Of a stretch of 33,318 nt of DNA, positions 16,396-23,740 are shown in pieces (the first letter of the stretch is position 1; each line of letters opens with the position of its first letter). Source of the stretch: a virus (lineage: Duplodnaviria > Caudoviricetes); the IMG/VR virus record IMGVR_UViG_3300017716_000805, positions 1 to 33,318 of that record. One strand, given 5' to 3'. The notes beneath the pieces were generated by a model, which saw only the letters and a program-made list of their open reading frames with translations, was not told the origin of the DNA and ran no database searches. Both the position numbers and the translations under genes were made by a program.

Positions 16396-18351
16396 ATGTC
16401 TAAATTATGGGTTGACTTTGAGACGCGGAGCCGTTGCGACTTACGCAGCCGCGGCGTGTACAATTACGCGCAGGACGCCAGCACCGACGTGCTGTGTATG
16501 TCATACGCATTTGATGACGAAGACGTGCGGACGTGGCTCCCCGGTGAGCCTTTCCCGCGCGCTGTCAAAGACCACAAGGGGCTGGTGTACGCGCACAACG
16601 CAGCGTTCGAACGCCTGATATTCTGGTATGTCCTACAGGTCGAGTTCAAGCTGGAGCAGTTCTACTGCACCGCAGCACAAGCCCGCGCCAACTGTGCGCC
16701 GGGCAGCCTTGAGGATGTGGGCCGCTTCGCTGGCGCTACCATGAAGAAAGACCACCGCGGCGGACAACTGATCCGCGCGCTGTCCATCCCGCAGCCAGAC
16801 GGCACGTTCCGCGAGGACGCCAAGCTGATGCAGGAGATGGTTGATTATTGCGAACAGGATGTGCGGGCCATGCGCGCCATCGCGCAGGCGCAGCGTCCGC
16901 TGTCGGCTGACGAGTTGGCCGACTACCACACGAACGAGCGCATCAACGACCGCGGCGTCCTGCTCGACAGGCCGCTGGCGCAGGCGGCGGTGCGTTATGC
17001 TGAGACTGAGTTGACTGAGATACAAAACATCGTCGCAGAGGTGACGCAGGGCGAGATAAAGTCCGTCCGCAGCCCAAAGATGAAGGATTGGGTGCTGGAC
17101 AGGGTAGGGCCGCAGGCTCTTGAATTGGCTACCATACACAAGGACGGCGAGACCAAACTATCTATTGACAAGAACGTGCGCGCTAACCTGCTCACGCTGG
17201 CAGAGGAGAACCCAGATGAAGTACCATCGGAAGTTGCGGAAGTCATCCAGTGCGCGGACGATCTGTGGGCATCGTCCGTTGCGAAGTTCCAGCGTGCAGC
17301 GGCGCTTGCTGATGAGGAAGATTTTCGAGTTAGAGGAGCATTTGTTTTTGCAGGAGGCAGCGCTACTGGGCGTGCTTCATCATTTGGGCTTCAAGTTCAT
17401 AACTTCCCCCGAAAGTGCGCCGCCGACCCTGCATTAGTGCGGCAGGCTATGGTGCGCGGACACCAGATCGTTCCCGCGCATGGCCGCCGCGTCACTGACG
17501 TGCTGAAGGGTATGCTCCGCCCTGCGCTGATGGCCGACAAAGGCAAGCGGCTTATCGTTGCCGATTGGGCAGCCATCGAAGCGCGGGTGACGCCGTGGGC
17601 GTCCGACAGCATCTTTGGTGTTAGCAAGCTGGACATCTTTGCCAAGGGCGAGGACGTGTACAAGCACAACGCTATGGCGACCTTCCATGTCGGTTATAAC
17701 GAAGTCAATAACGACCAGCGCCAAATCGGTAAGGTGCAAGAGTTGGCGTGCGGCTTTGCCGGCGGCGTCGGTGCCTTTGCCAGCATGGGCCGTATCTACG
17801 GCCTGCTGATGTCAGAGAGCGACGCGAAGCGCATGGTGGACGCATGGCGCAGGGCTAACAAGTGGGCCGTGCCGTATTGGTCTGGTCTTGAAGAGACCTA
17901 TATGCGCGCCATGCGGAACAAGAACCGCGAGTTCAAGATTGGCCGCGTCACATATTTATTTGACGGGTTGCATCTTTGGTATGCCCTTCCGTCTGGCCGT
18001 GTGTTATGTTATCCTTTCGCTCGTTTTGACGATGAAGGCAACCTGACCTATGCGAAGGCTTCTTGGAAGCCAGCCGCAGACGCTAAGGAATGGCCTAGAG
18101 CGCGGCTGTGGCGCGGTCTGGCGTGTGAGAACATCACACAGGCGGTCGCCAACGACTTGCTGCGCTACGCCTTGCGGCAGTTGGACGATGTAGTGCTGCA
18201 CATCCACGATGAAATCGTCTTGGAAGTGCCAGAAGATGACGCAGAGGCCGCCGCAGCGCGGCTGGTGCAGATAATGTGTACGCCGCCACCTTGGGCCGCA
18301 GGGCTACCCCTGAACGCTGAAGTGGCAATCATGGAACGATACGGAAAGTAA
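16396..18351 (+). CDS. DNA polymerase, family A, with 3'-5' exonuclease
   Basis: Exo motifs DFET, HNAAFE, YCEQD; pol motifs TGR, DWAAIEARV, RQIGKVQELACGF, ENITQ, HDE. Confidence 0.93.
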   Translation: MSKLWVDFETRSRCDLRSRGVYNYAQDASTDVLCMSYAFDDEDVRTWLPGEPFPRAVKDHKGLVYAHNAAFERLIFWYVLQVEFKLEQFYCTAAQARANCAPGSLEDVGRFAGATMKKDHRGGQLIRALSIPQPDGTFREDAKLMQEMVDYCEQDVRAMRAIAQAQRPLSADELADYHTNERINDRGVLLDRPLAQAAVRYAETELTEIQNIVAEVTQGEIKSVRSPKMKDWVLDRVGPQALELATIHKDGETKLSIDKNVRANLLTLAEENPDEVPSEVAEVIQCADDLWASSVAKFQRAAALADEEDFRVRGAFVFAGGSATGRASSFGLQVHNFPRKCAADPALVRQAMVRGHQIVPAHGRRVTDVLKGMLRPALMADKGKRLIVADWAAIEARVTPWASDSIFGVSKLDIFAKGEDVYKHNAMATFHVGYNEVNNDQRQIGKVQELACGFAGGVGAFASMGRIYGLLMSESDAKRMVDAWRRANKWAVPYWSGLEETYMRAMRNKNREFKIGRVTYLFDGLHLWYALPSGRVLCYPFARFDDEGNLTYAKASWKPAADAKEWPRARLWRGLACENITQAVANDLLRYALRQLDDVVLHIHDEIVLEVPEDDAEAAAARLVQIMCTPPPWAAGLPLNAEVAIMERYGK

Positions 18352-18362
18352 GGAGAACCGCG

Positions 18363-20711
18363 ATGAGTGAGGATCGCACGAAGTTCATAGACTATATAAT
18401 AGGTCTGGCCGCCGACACAGTCGGCGAGACAGCCCTTGTTGTGCGCCAGAAGCCGCAGCACGACAGCGACGGTAACCTGATGTATCATTCGGATGGAGCG
18501 CCGAAGGCTACGTTTCCCGCGTTTCTACCAGAAAAGACCCGCATAAAAGAAGGCGAGGCTTGGTATGTCAACACAGGCTCGTTCATCGTTGACCGCTTCG
18601 TAGACGGCAAGCCGGCTGCCAAGTCGAGCAACGTCGAGTATGTCTTGTTCATGATGCTGGATGACGTCGGCACCAAGTCGAAAGAGCCGCCGCTTGCGCC
18701 GACATGGGTGCTGGAGACCAGCGAAGGGTCATTCCAGTGGGGCTACGCCTTCAGCGAACAGCCCAAGAAGGGCGACTTCTGCGCTGCCATCAAGGCGATT
18801 GCCGACGCTGGCTACACTGATCCGGGCGCGACCAACGCTGTCCGTAACTGCCGTATCCCCGGCAGCGTCAACCTGAAGCGCGGACGCGGTAACTTTGCTG
18901 CGCGGCTAGTCGAGTTCCACCCAGAGCGCGAATACACGCTGGACGAAATCTGCGAGGCGCTGGACGTCACGCCAGAGGAAGGCGACACAGCCGAATATAA
19001 AGCGGTGCAGTTGCGCGACACTGGCCTTGACAACGTCCTGACATGGCTTGCGGACAACAACCTAGTCCTTAGCCATCCTAACGCTGACGGCTGGTGCGGC
19101 ATCGTCTGCCCTAACCATGAGCAACACAGCGACGGCATGATCGAGGCGCGCTACAAGCCGCTGGATCGGTCGTTCTGCTGCTATCATGGGCATTGCCAAG
19201 ACCTAGACAGCCGCACCTTCCTTGATTGGGTAGCCAACGAAGGCGGCCCGAAGGTAACGCCGGGCTTGCGTGACGAGTTAATCGCTGAACGGATGTCGCT
19301 TTTATACGACAAAATATCACCGAATGAAGCATTCCCCGACGAGGCCGCAGCGCGTGTGCGTGAGGTCGAGAAAAAAGAAGCCGGACGGCTGGAACAAAGC
19401 GAGTGGTTCGAGCGTTTCGCCTATATCCAGTCCGATGACTGCTACTTTGACATGGTGACGCGTCAGGAGATAGCCCGCAACGTCTTCAACGCGTTGTTCC
19501 GTCACGTTGATTGCAAATCAATTCACAAGAAAACGCAGCGTGTGCAGGCGTCCGTCTATTTTGATGAGCGCCGGCAAGACCGCGGCGCGCCTGCACTGGC
19601 TGCGGTGACGTTCGCCGCTGGCGATGACGTGCTGGTGACGCGTGACGGCTTGGTCTACGGCAACCGCTGGACAGACGCACGGCCTGACGTGTCGGACAGC
19701 GACGCAATCGCCGACCATGACGTCGAGCCGTGGCTAGAGCATTGCCGTGACCTGATTGCGGACGATAAGGAACTAGACCACATCCTTGACGCTATGGCGT
19801 TCAAGATACAGCATCCTAACGTCAAGATGAACCACGCTATCCTGATTGGCGGTGACGAGGGCGTCGGCAAGGACAGTATGTTCCAGCCTTTCCTATGGGC
19901 GCTGGGCGGTCAACACTGGCGCAACAGGTCAGTCATTGAGGCTGGCGGCTTAGACAGCCAATGGGGTTACGCCCTTGAGGCTGAAGTCGTCATTCTGAAC
20001 GAATTAAAAGAGCCAGAGGCACGAGAGCGCCGCGCGATGGCTAACAAGCTGAAGCCGCTCATTGCTGCACCGCCTGAGACCCTGACAGTCAACCGCAAGG
20101 GGATGCACCCGTATGAGTTGGTCAACCGCCTCATGGTGGTCGCATACACCAACGATCCGTTGCCTATCACACTGCCGACCCAAGACCGCCGCTGGTTCTG
20201 CGTCTGGACGCGTGCGCCGCGTATGTCACCAGCCGCAGCCGACAAGCTGTGGGGCTGGTATAAGTCAGGCGGCTATGAAAAGTGCGCCGCATGGCTGTGG
20301 CAGCGTGACGTTTCGGCGTTCAATCCTGCCGCTGCGCCGCCTGTCACCGAATGGAAACTAAACATGGTTGAACATGGCATGAGTGTAGCCGAGAGCTACC
20401 TTGTGGACTTGATGCGCGAGAAGGCGAGTGTCTTTGCCAACGGCGTCATTGGCGGGCCTTTCCACCGTATCTGTGACGCGCTGGCGGTCAACGTCCCTGC
20501 CGGTGTGAAGATACCGCAGGCGGCGCTGCTACACGCGCTGAAGGAAGCGGGTTGGGTTGACTTAGGCCGCGTCAATTCGAAAGAACACCAAAACAAGAAG
20601 CACCTATTTGTCGCGCCTGATACGCTTCCGAAATACAGCAAGTCAGAGTTGCGCCGCATGGCAGAGGATGTGCCGAAGTCTGGGTTCATGCCGTCGATTG
20701 GCAAGAATTGA
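18363..20711 (+). CDS. Primase-helicase (RepB-like primase, Zn finger, D5-like/SF3 NTPase)
   Basis: LDD...ETS.G..Q.GY and R.PG..N.K primase motifs; CP.H..H...C.HGHC; Walker A GDEGVGKD; V..KG..PY and DRRW. Confidence 0.88.
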   Translation: MSEDRTKFIDYIIGLAADTVGETALVVRQKPQHDSDGNLMYHSDGAPKATFPAFLPEKTRIKEGEAWYVNTGSFIVDRFVDGKPAAKSSNVEYVLFMMLDDVGTKSKEPPLAPTWVLETSEGSFQWGYAFSEQPKKGDFCAAIKAIADAGYTDPGATNAVRNCRIPGSVNLKRGRGNFAARLVEFHPEREYTLDEICEALDVTPEEGDTAEYKAVQLRDTGLDNVLTWLADNNLVLSHPNADGWCGIVCPNHEQHSDGMIEARYKPLDRSFCCYHGHCQDLDSRTFLDWVANEGGPKVTPGLRDELIAERMSLLYDKISPNEAFPDEAAARVREVEKKEAGRLEQSEWFERFAYIQSDDCYFDMVTRQEIARNVFNALFRHVDCKSIHKKTQRVQASVYFDERRQDRGAPALAAVTFAAGDDVLVTRDGLVYGNRWTDARPDVSDSDAIADHDVEPWLEHCRDLIADDKELDHILDAMAFKIQHPNVKMNHAILIGGDEGVGKDSMFQPFLWALGGQHWRNRSVIEAGGLDSQWGYALEAEVVILNELKEPEARERRAMANKLKPLIAAPPETLTVNRKGMHPYELVNRLMVVAYTNDPLPITLPTQDRRWFCVWTRAPRMSPAAADKLWGWYKSGGYEKCAAWLWQRDVSAFNPAAAPPVTEWKLNMVEHGMSVAESYLVDLMREKASVFANGVIGGPFHRICDALAVNVPAGVKIPQAALLHALKEAGWVDLGRVNSKEHQNKKHLFVAPDTLPKYSKSELRRMAEDVPKSGFMPSIGKN

Positions 20712-20737
20712 CATCTGATATCAGTCGATGATATATA
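20708..20737 (+). promoter_or_regulatory. Promoter for candidate sRNA
   Basis: TTGACA-N18-TATATA with TGn extension; no downstream + strand ORF; palindrome CTGATATCAG (20715-20724) in the spacer. Confidence 0.55.
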
Positions 20738-20742
20738 GTTAG

Positions 20743-20805
20743 GGTTGGCAATGCTCCGCTAACCTGATTAAACCCCCGGCGTCCTCACTCCGCCGGGGGT
20801 TTTTT
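20743..20805 (+). ncRNA. Candidate two-hairpin sRNA with anti-SD (CUCC/UCCUC) loops
   Basis: Stem GGTTGGC/GCTAACC with loop AATGCTCC; stem AAACCCCCGGCG/CGCCGGGGGTTT with loop TCCTCACTC; predicted TSS at the base of stem 1; ends in T6. Confidence 0.5.
20770..20805. terminator. Intrinsic terminator, probably bidirectional
   Basis: 12-bp perfect inverted repeat, T6 on + and TTTAAT on -, between convergent genes. Confidence 0.85.
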
Positions 20806-20809
20806 ATTG

Positions 20810-21046
20810 TCAGAAGGGCATCATTGCCTTGCATCGAACGCCGCGCTCAAACTCAAGTTTGCGTAACGCTGCGTTTAACTCTTGATGGTCAGAACAATAA
20901 TTTTCATCGTTCCATGCACCGTCATTGGTTTTCTCATCGATCAACCAGTAACCCCAGAAGTTCCCGTCTAGCGGAACGTCGAATCGTTCTGCTTCGATGC
21001 GGATGCCAATGGTCTTAGCGCGTGCGCGTAGGTCTTTTAGTGTCAT
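20810..21046 (-). CDS. Hypothetical protein (78 aa) with its own promoter
   Basis: ATG 21046 preceded by AAGGAAAGTGGAGC; consensus promoter upstream; terminator just after the stop. Confidence 0.75.
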   Translation of the reverse strand: MTLKDLRARAKTIGIRIEAERFDVPLDGNFWGYWLIDEKTNDGAWNDENYCSDHQELNAALRKLEFERGVRCKAMMPF

Positions 21047-21067
21047 GCTCCACTTTCCTTTTATCAA

Positions 21068-21105
21068 TGTCAAAGAACCATCAAGGCGGTTTCCCGTCTT
21101 GATGG
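21068..21105 (-). promoter_or_regulatory. GAAA-tetraloop hairpin followed by boxA-like sequence
   Basis: Minus strand CCATCAAGACGG-GAAA-CCGCCTTGATGG overlapping GTTCTTTGACA (cf. boxA GCTCTTTAACA). Confidence 0.55.
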
Positions 21106-21108
21106 CTC

Positions 21109-21136
21109 ATTATAGCATAGTTTGAGGGTATGTCAA
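21109..21136 (-). promoter_or_regulatory. Consensus sigma70 promoter
   Basis: TTGACA-N16-TATAAT with TGn extended -10 and an AT-rich upstream region. Confidence 0.85.
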
Positions 21137-21206
21137 TAACTTTCTTTCCTTTGTTTTCAATGACTTAGAAGAAAGTTGTTTTTAATTATCTTTTGTTTTC
21201 AGTTAG

Positions 21207-21392
21207 TTAGCCTAACCTAGTGATGAAGGTTACACCTTCCACAGTGCGGCATTTAAAGCTTTTTCCGTTCCTGATCCCGTATTGCGAGACGTTGCGGCTG
21301 GTGCGCTTTGCATCGCCCCTGTTGGTGGCTGGCATGGTGGCCACCTCACCAACGTCTAGCGTTCCCATTGGGTAAATCATTGGGCGGCTCAT
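21207..21392 (-). CDS. Small putative DNA-binding protein
   Basis: RP..YP...L.VGE....P N-terminus and F..R....G....R.. C-terminus resemble a common small phage protein family; ATGA overlap with the upstream gene. Confidence 0.65.
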   Translation of the reverse strand: MSRPMIYPMGTLDVGEVATMPATNRGDAKRTSRNVSQYGIRNGKSFKCRTVEGVTFITRLG

Positions 21393-21634
21393 TTCAGCAG
21401 CCCCCGTGCGACGCAGGCTTGGCGCAGATGCTCCGGCCTAAAGCCCCATATCTTATAGACGCTCCCGTATGTCTGGCAGACTAGGGACAAGTGCCGTTCA
21501 TGGCGGCGCAATTCGTCCTTGAGGCGCTCGTGCTTCTCAATGGCGCGGGCTGCTACGCGTAGCAGGTCAAGTTCGGCGTCAATGTCTTTTTCATCCTCAT
21601 TGGCGGACGGGTCTATAACTTTTATTTCAAACAT
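21389..21634 (-). CDS. Hypothetical protein
   Basis: AAGGA RBS; overlap-coupled to the downstream gene. Confidence 0.7.
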   Translation of the reverse strand: MFEIKVIDPSANEDEKDIDAELDLLRVAARAIEKHERLKDELRRHERHLSLVCQTYGSVYKIWGFRPEHLRQACVARGLLK

Positions 21635-21647
21635 GGTTTAGGTTCCT

Positions 21648-21842
21648 TTACAGTTTAAGGGTTGGGTTAGGTGCTGGTCGTATGTCGCACAGTCGTCTGA
21701 GCCAGTAGGCTTGCTCAGGGCCTTCTGAGCGTGCCGCATGGTATCGGAATAAGGCAACGGCGAGGTCGTCATATCCCACCCAATCATGCGTCATTATGAG
21801 AGGCGAGGGCTTCATGGCTTTTGGGTTGTGTCGGCGCGGCAT
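21648..21842 (-). CDS. Hypothetical protein
   Basis: GGGAG RBS; TAATG coupling with the upstream ORF. Confidence 0.6.
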   Translation of the reverse strand: MPRRHNPKAMKPSPLIMTHDWVGYDDLAVALFRYHAARSEGPEQAYWLRRLCDIRPAPNPTLKL

Positions 21843-21997
21843 TAGTTGCGCTCCCGCTTAAGGTCGAGCAACTCTTTCGTATCGCGCACCCATGCCTTGC
21901 GATACCAGTCTGATTCTGATTTTACCTGCCATAGCAGGGTGAGCGTAAAGGCTTGCGCGCTTAACAGCGCGACAATTGCGAGTTCGTATTGTGTCAT
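21842..21997 (-). CDS. Small membrane-anchored protein (51 aa, MTQYELAIVALLSAQAFTLTLLW...), not in ORF track
   Basis: ATG 21997, TAA 21844-21842; hydrophobic N-terminus; tiles the operon. Confidence 0.65.
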   Translation of the reverse strand: MTQYELAIVALLSAQAFTLTLLWQVKSESDWYRKAWVRDTKELLDLKRERN

Positions 21998-22000
21998 TGG

Positions 22001-22060
22001 TTAATCATCCAATAATAAGGTTAAAAGAAATAAGGCGGCACCTGCAAGCAGGGCCGTCAT
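22001..22060 (-). CDS. 19-aa hydrophobic peptide MTALLAGAALFLLTLLLDD
   Basis: ATGA overlap with the stop of 22057..22260; fills the gap exactly. Confidence 0.5.
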   Translation of the reverse strand: MTALLAGAALFLLTLLLDD

Positions 22061-22260
22061 TCTGCTGCGTCGTCCCGTAGGGCGTTATTTTCAGCGACTA
22101 GGCGGTCGTATAGTGTTTGCAGGTGCTCTAGTTGTTCTTCAACGTGCCAAAGCTCTTCTAAGCGTTCGCCTAGCACTAGGGCAAGGTCGTTGTCGCAATA
22201 GCGCGCTGCTTCCATAAGTGCGGAATCGGACAACATGCGGAAATAGGTTCGGTCGGTCAT
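22057..22260 (-). CDS. Hypothetical coiled-coil protein
   Basis: AAGGGG RBS; tiles the operon. Confidence 0.7.
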   Translation of the reverse strand: MTDRTYFRMLSDSALMEAARYCDNDLALVLGERLEELWHVEEQLEHLQTLYDRLVAENNALRDDAAE

Positions 22261-22263
22261 TGG

Positions 22264-22512
22264 TTATACCCCTTCAACGTTGACAAAAACATACCCGTCA
22301 CCCTTGGCATTGCCGCCTTGTGCGAATGTACCTTGCCAGCCCATTTTAGCGATTAGGGCGTCGGCTGCGGCCTTGTGCGCGCCTTCAGTGTTTAGCGCGT
22401 GGTCATAGCCGACTGTGACGCTGCCAGCCCATGCCGTCGCTTTAATGCGTCCGCCTTTAGTGTTAGTCGCTGGCAGGTACTTAGTCTCGATTGCTTGTGT
22501 GATGAATGTCAT
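22264..22512 (-). CDS. Conserved phage hypothetical protein (I.TKYL..TN..G.RIKA type)
   Basis: ATG 22512 with AGGAG RBS, preferred to 22545, which lies within a hairpin. Confidence 0.75.
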   Translation of the reverse strand: MTFITQAIETKYLPATNTKGGRIKATAWAGSVTVGYDHALNTEGAHKAAADALIAKMGWQGTFAQGGNAKGDGYVFVNVEGV

Positions 22513-22535
22513 TGTGTTTGCTCCTGTAGTTGGCA

Positions 22536-22588
22536 CTAGCGCCATGAATGCCGCGCGACGGTGAGCCGCGCGGCTAACATGGCGTTAG
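22536..22588. repeat. Long imperfect intergenic inverted repeat
   Basis: CTAGCGCCATG-AAT-GCCGCGCG-(9)-CGCGCGGC-TAA-CATGGCGTTAG. Confidence 0.8.
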
Positions 22589-22767
22589 TTGTCGAGGTCA
22601 AGTAGACGCAACAATGATTTGGTTAGTTCAGTCGCACGGTCGTGACTGTCACCACTACCGTCGATAAGGAATGCGGTTATCTTTTCCGAAAGCTCTATTA
22701 CAGTGTCGCGATAGGTTAGGCCCTCGTCGCGCAAAAAAGCATAAATGCTGTTGGTGTCATTAGTCAT
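22585..22767 (-). CDS. Hypothetical protein
   Basis: GGAG RBS, ATG 22767. Confidence 0.7.
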   Translation of the reverse strand: MTNDTNSIYAFLRDEGLTYRDTVIELSEKITAFLIDGSGDSHDRATELTKSLLRLLDLDN

Positions 22768-22856
22768 TGTGCTACTCCAAATATTAGGGTGTCAAGCGCT
22801 AGCGCCGCGATGATATACACCACGAGCACTAGGTTATGGATTAGGGCTTGTTTCAT
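22764..22856 (-). CDS. 30-aa single-TM peptide MKQALIHNLVLVVYIIAALALDTLIFGVAQ
   Basis: ATGA overlaps at both ends. Confidence 0.6.
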   Translation of the reverse strand: MKQALIHNLVLVVYIIAALALDTLIFGVAQ

Positions 22857-23065
22857 GCTACGGCGCTCTTAAACGCGCGTATAACGTCCGCGGCGTTGCC
22901 AAGCGTAAACACTTGAACGCGGCAATCGGTGCAACCTATGTCGGTAAGTTGTGCAATGACGCGTTGCGCTTGCGCCATGCTGGCAATGCCAGCCGCTTCA
23001 CTGACTAGCAGCGTTTCAGTGTCGCCTAATGGCGACTTGCCCCATATGATATATTCGCGGTTCAT
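22853..23065 (-). CDS. Hypothetical protein
   Basis: ATGA overlaps at both ends. Confidence 0.7.
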   Translation of the reverse strand: MNREYIIWGKSPLGDTETLLVSEAAGIASMAQAQRVIAQLTDIGCTDCRVQVFTLGNAADVIRAFKSAVA

Positions 23066-23217
23066 GCTGCACCGCGCTTGCCGCGAGCGGCTAGTAGGTG
23101 GTCAAGGTGCTGCGTATCGCGGCCATATTGCACTTGATACATGATTGCGGCGTTAAGCGCGGCTAACGTCCACGTGCGATAATCGTTTGGCTTGTTGCGG
23201 TTGGACTTGTTTTTCAT
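23062..23217 (-). CDS. Hypothetical basic protein (51 aa, MKNKSNRNKPNDY...), first gene of the leftward early cluster
   Basis: GGAGTG RBS, ATG 23217, TGA overlapping the next ATG. Confidence 0.7.
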   Translation of the reverse strand: MKNKSNRNKPNDYRTWTLAALNAAIMYQVQYGRDTQHLDHLLAARGKRGAA

Positions 23218-23332
23218 GTCGTTCACTCCGTTGCTGTCTTGAAGCCCTCTTATCTACCCTCTTATATACATAGTCAAGCAGCAAATTGTGTTGCACATAA
23301 ATATATCGACATGAGGCGCAAAAACCTGGAAT

Positions 23333-23740
23333 TTATCGGCATATTTTGCCGATAATAAATATCGGGTGAAAGTTGTCAAAAGGTAGTCACGTAAATTGCG
23401 AGAATGACAACCAGCGAAATGGCTTGAATGCGCGGGTTGCAAGGGGATCGGACGTTTAGTTGCCATGTATATTGTAGTTATTCAGATAAATGAAAAATGT
23501 ATATATATAACCATATAGGTTAGCGTGAATATTTCAAACCGACTTGGAAAGTCATGGCAACCATGGCAACTTGACGTGATGCAAAAATGTCACACTCTCC
23601 AAGTTGGCACGCAATCGCCCCTCGCAAACTCAGTTCGTCGTCGACTTGTTATCTCATGGCAACTTGACGTTCCTTAGTGTGTTAACACAGTAACACAGCT
23701 AGCCGAATGTGTTTTCTCTAAGCTTGACGTTGACGTAAAC
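23333..23740. repeat. Repeat-rich non-coding region (candidate replication origin)
   Basis: CATGGCAAC at 23553, 23562 and 23655, inverted at 23459; TTGACGT x4; AT-rich core ~23468-23535; IR TTATCGGCA-N5-TGCCGATAA at 23333. Confidence 0.6.

Noticed and set aside
20738-20806. tRNA or attP-like site
   Set aside because: No cloverleaf, T-loop or CCA; no integrase in the window.
23254-23466. 70-aa minus-strand ORF in the non-coding region
   Set aside because: No RBS, atypical composition, and it runs through repeats and promoter-like DNA.
23553-23740. Repeats as a possible CRISPR mini-array
   Set aside because: Repeats are only 9-16 bp, irregularly spaced and partly inverted; no cas operon (DUF2800 is a common phage replication-module nuclease).
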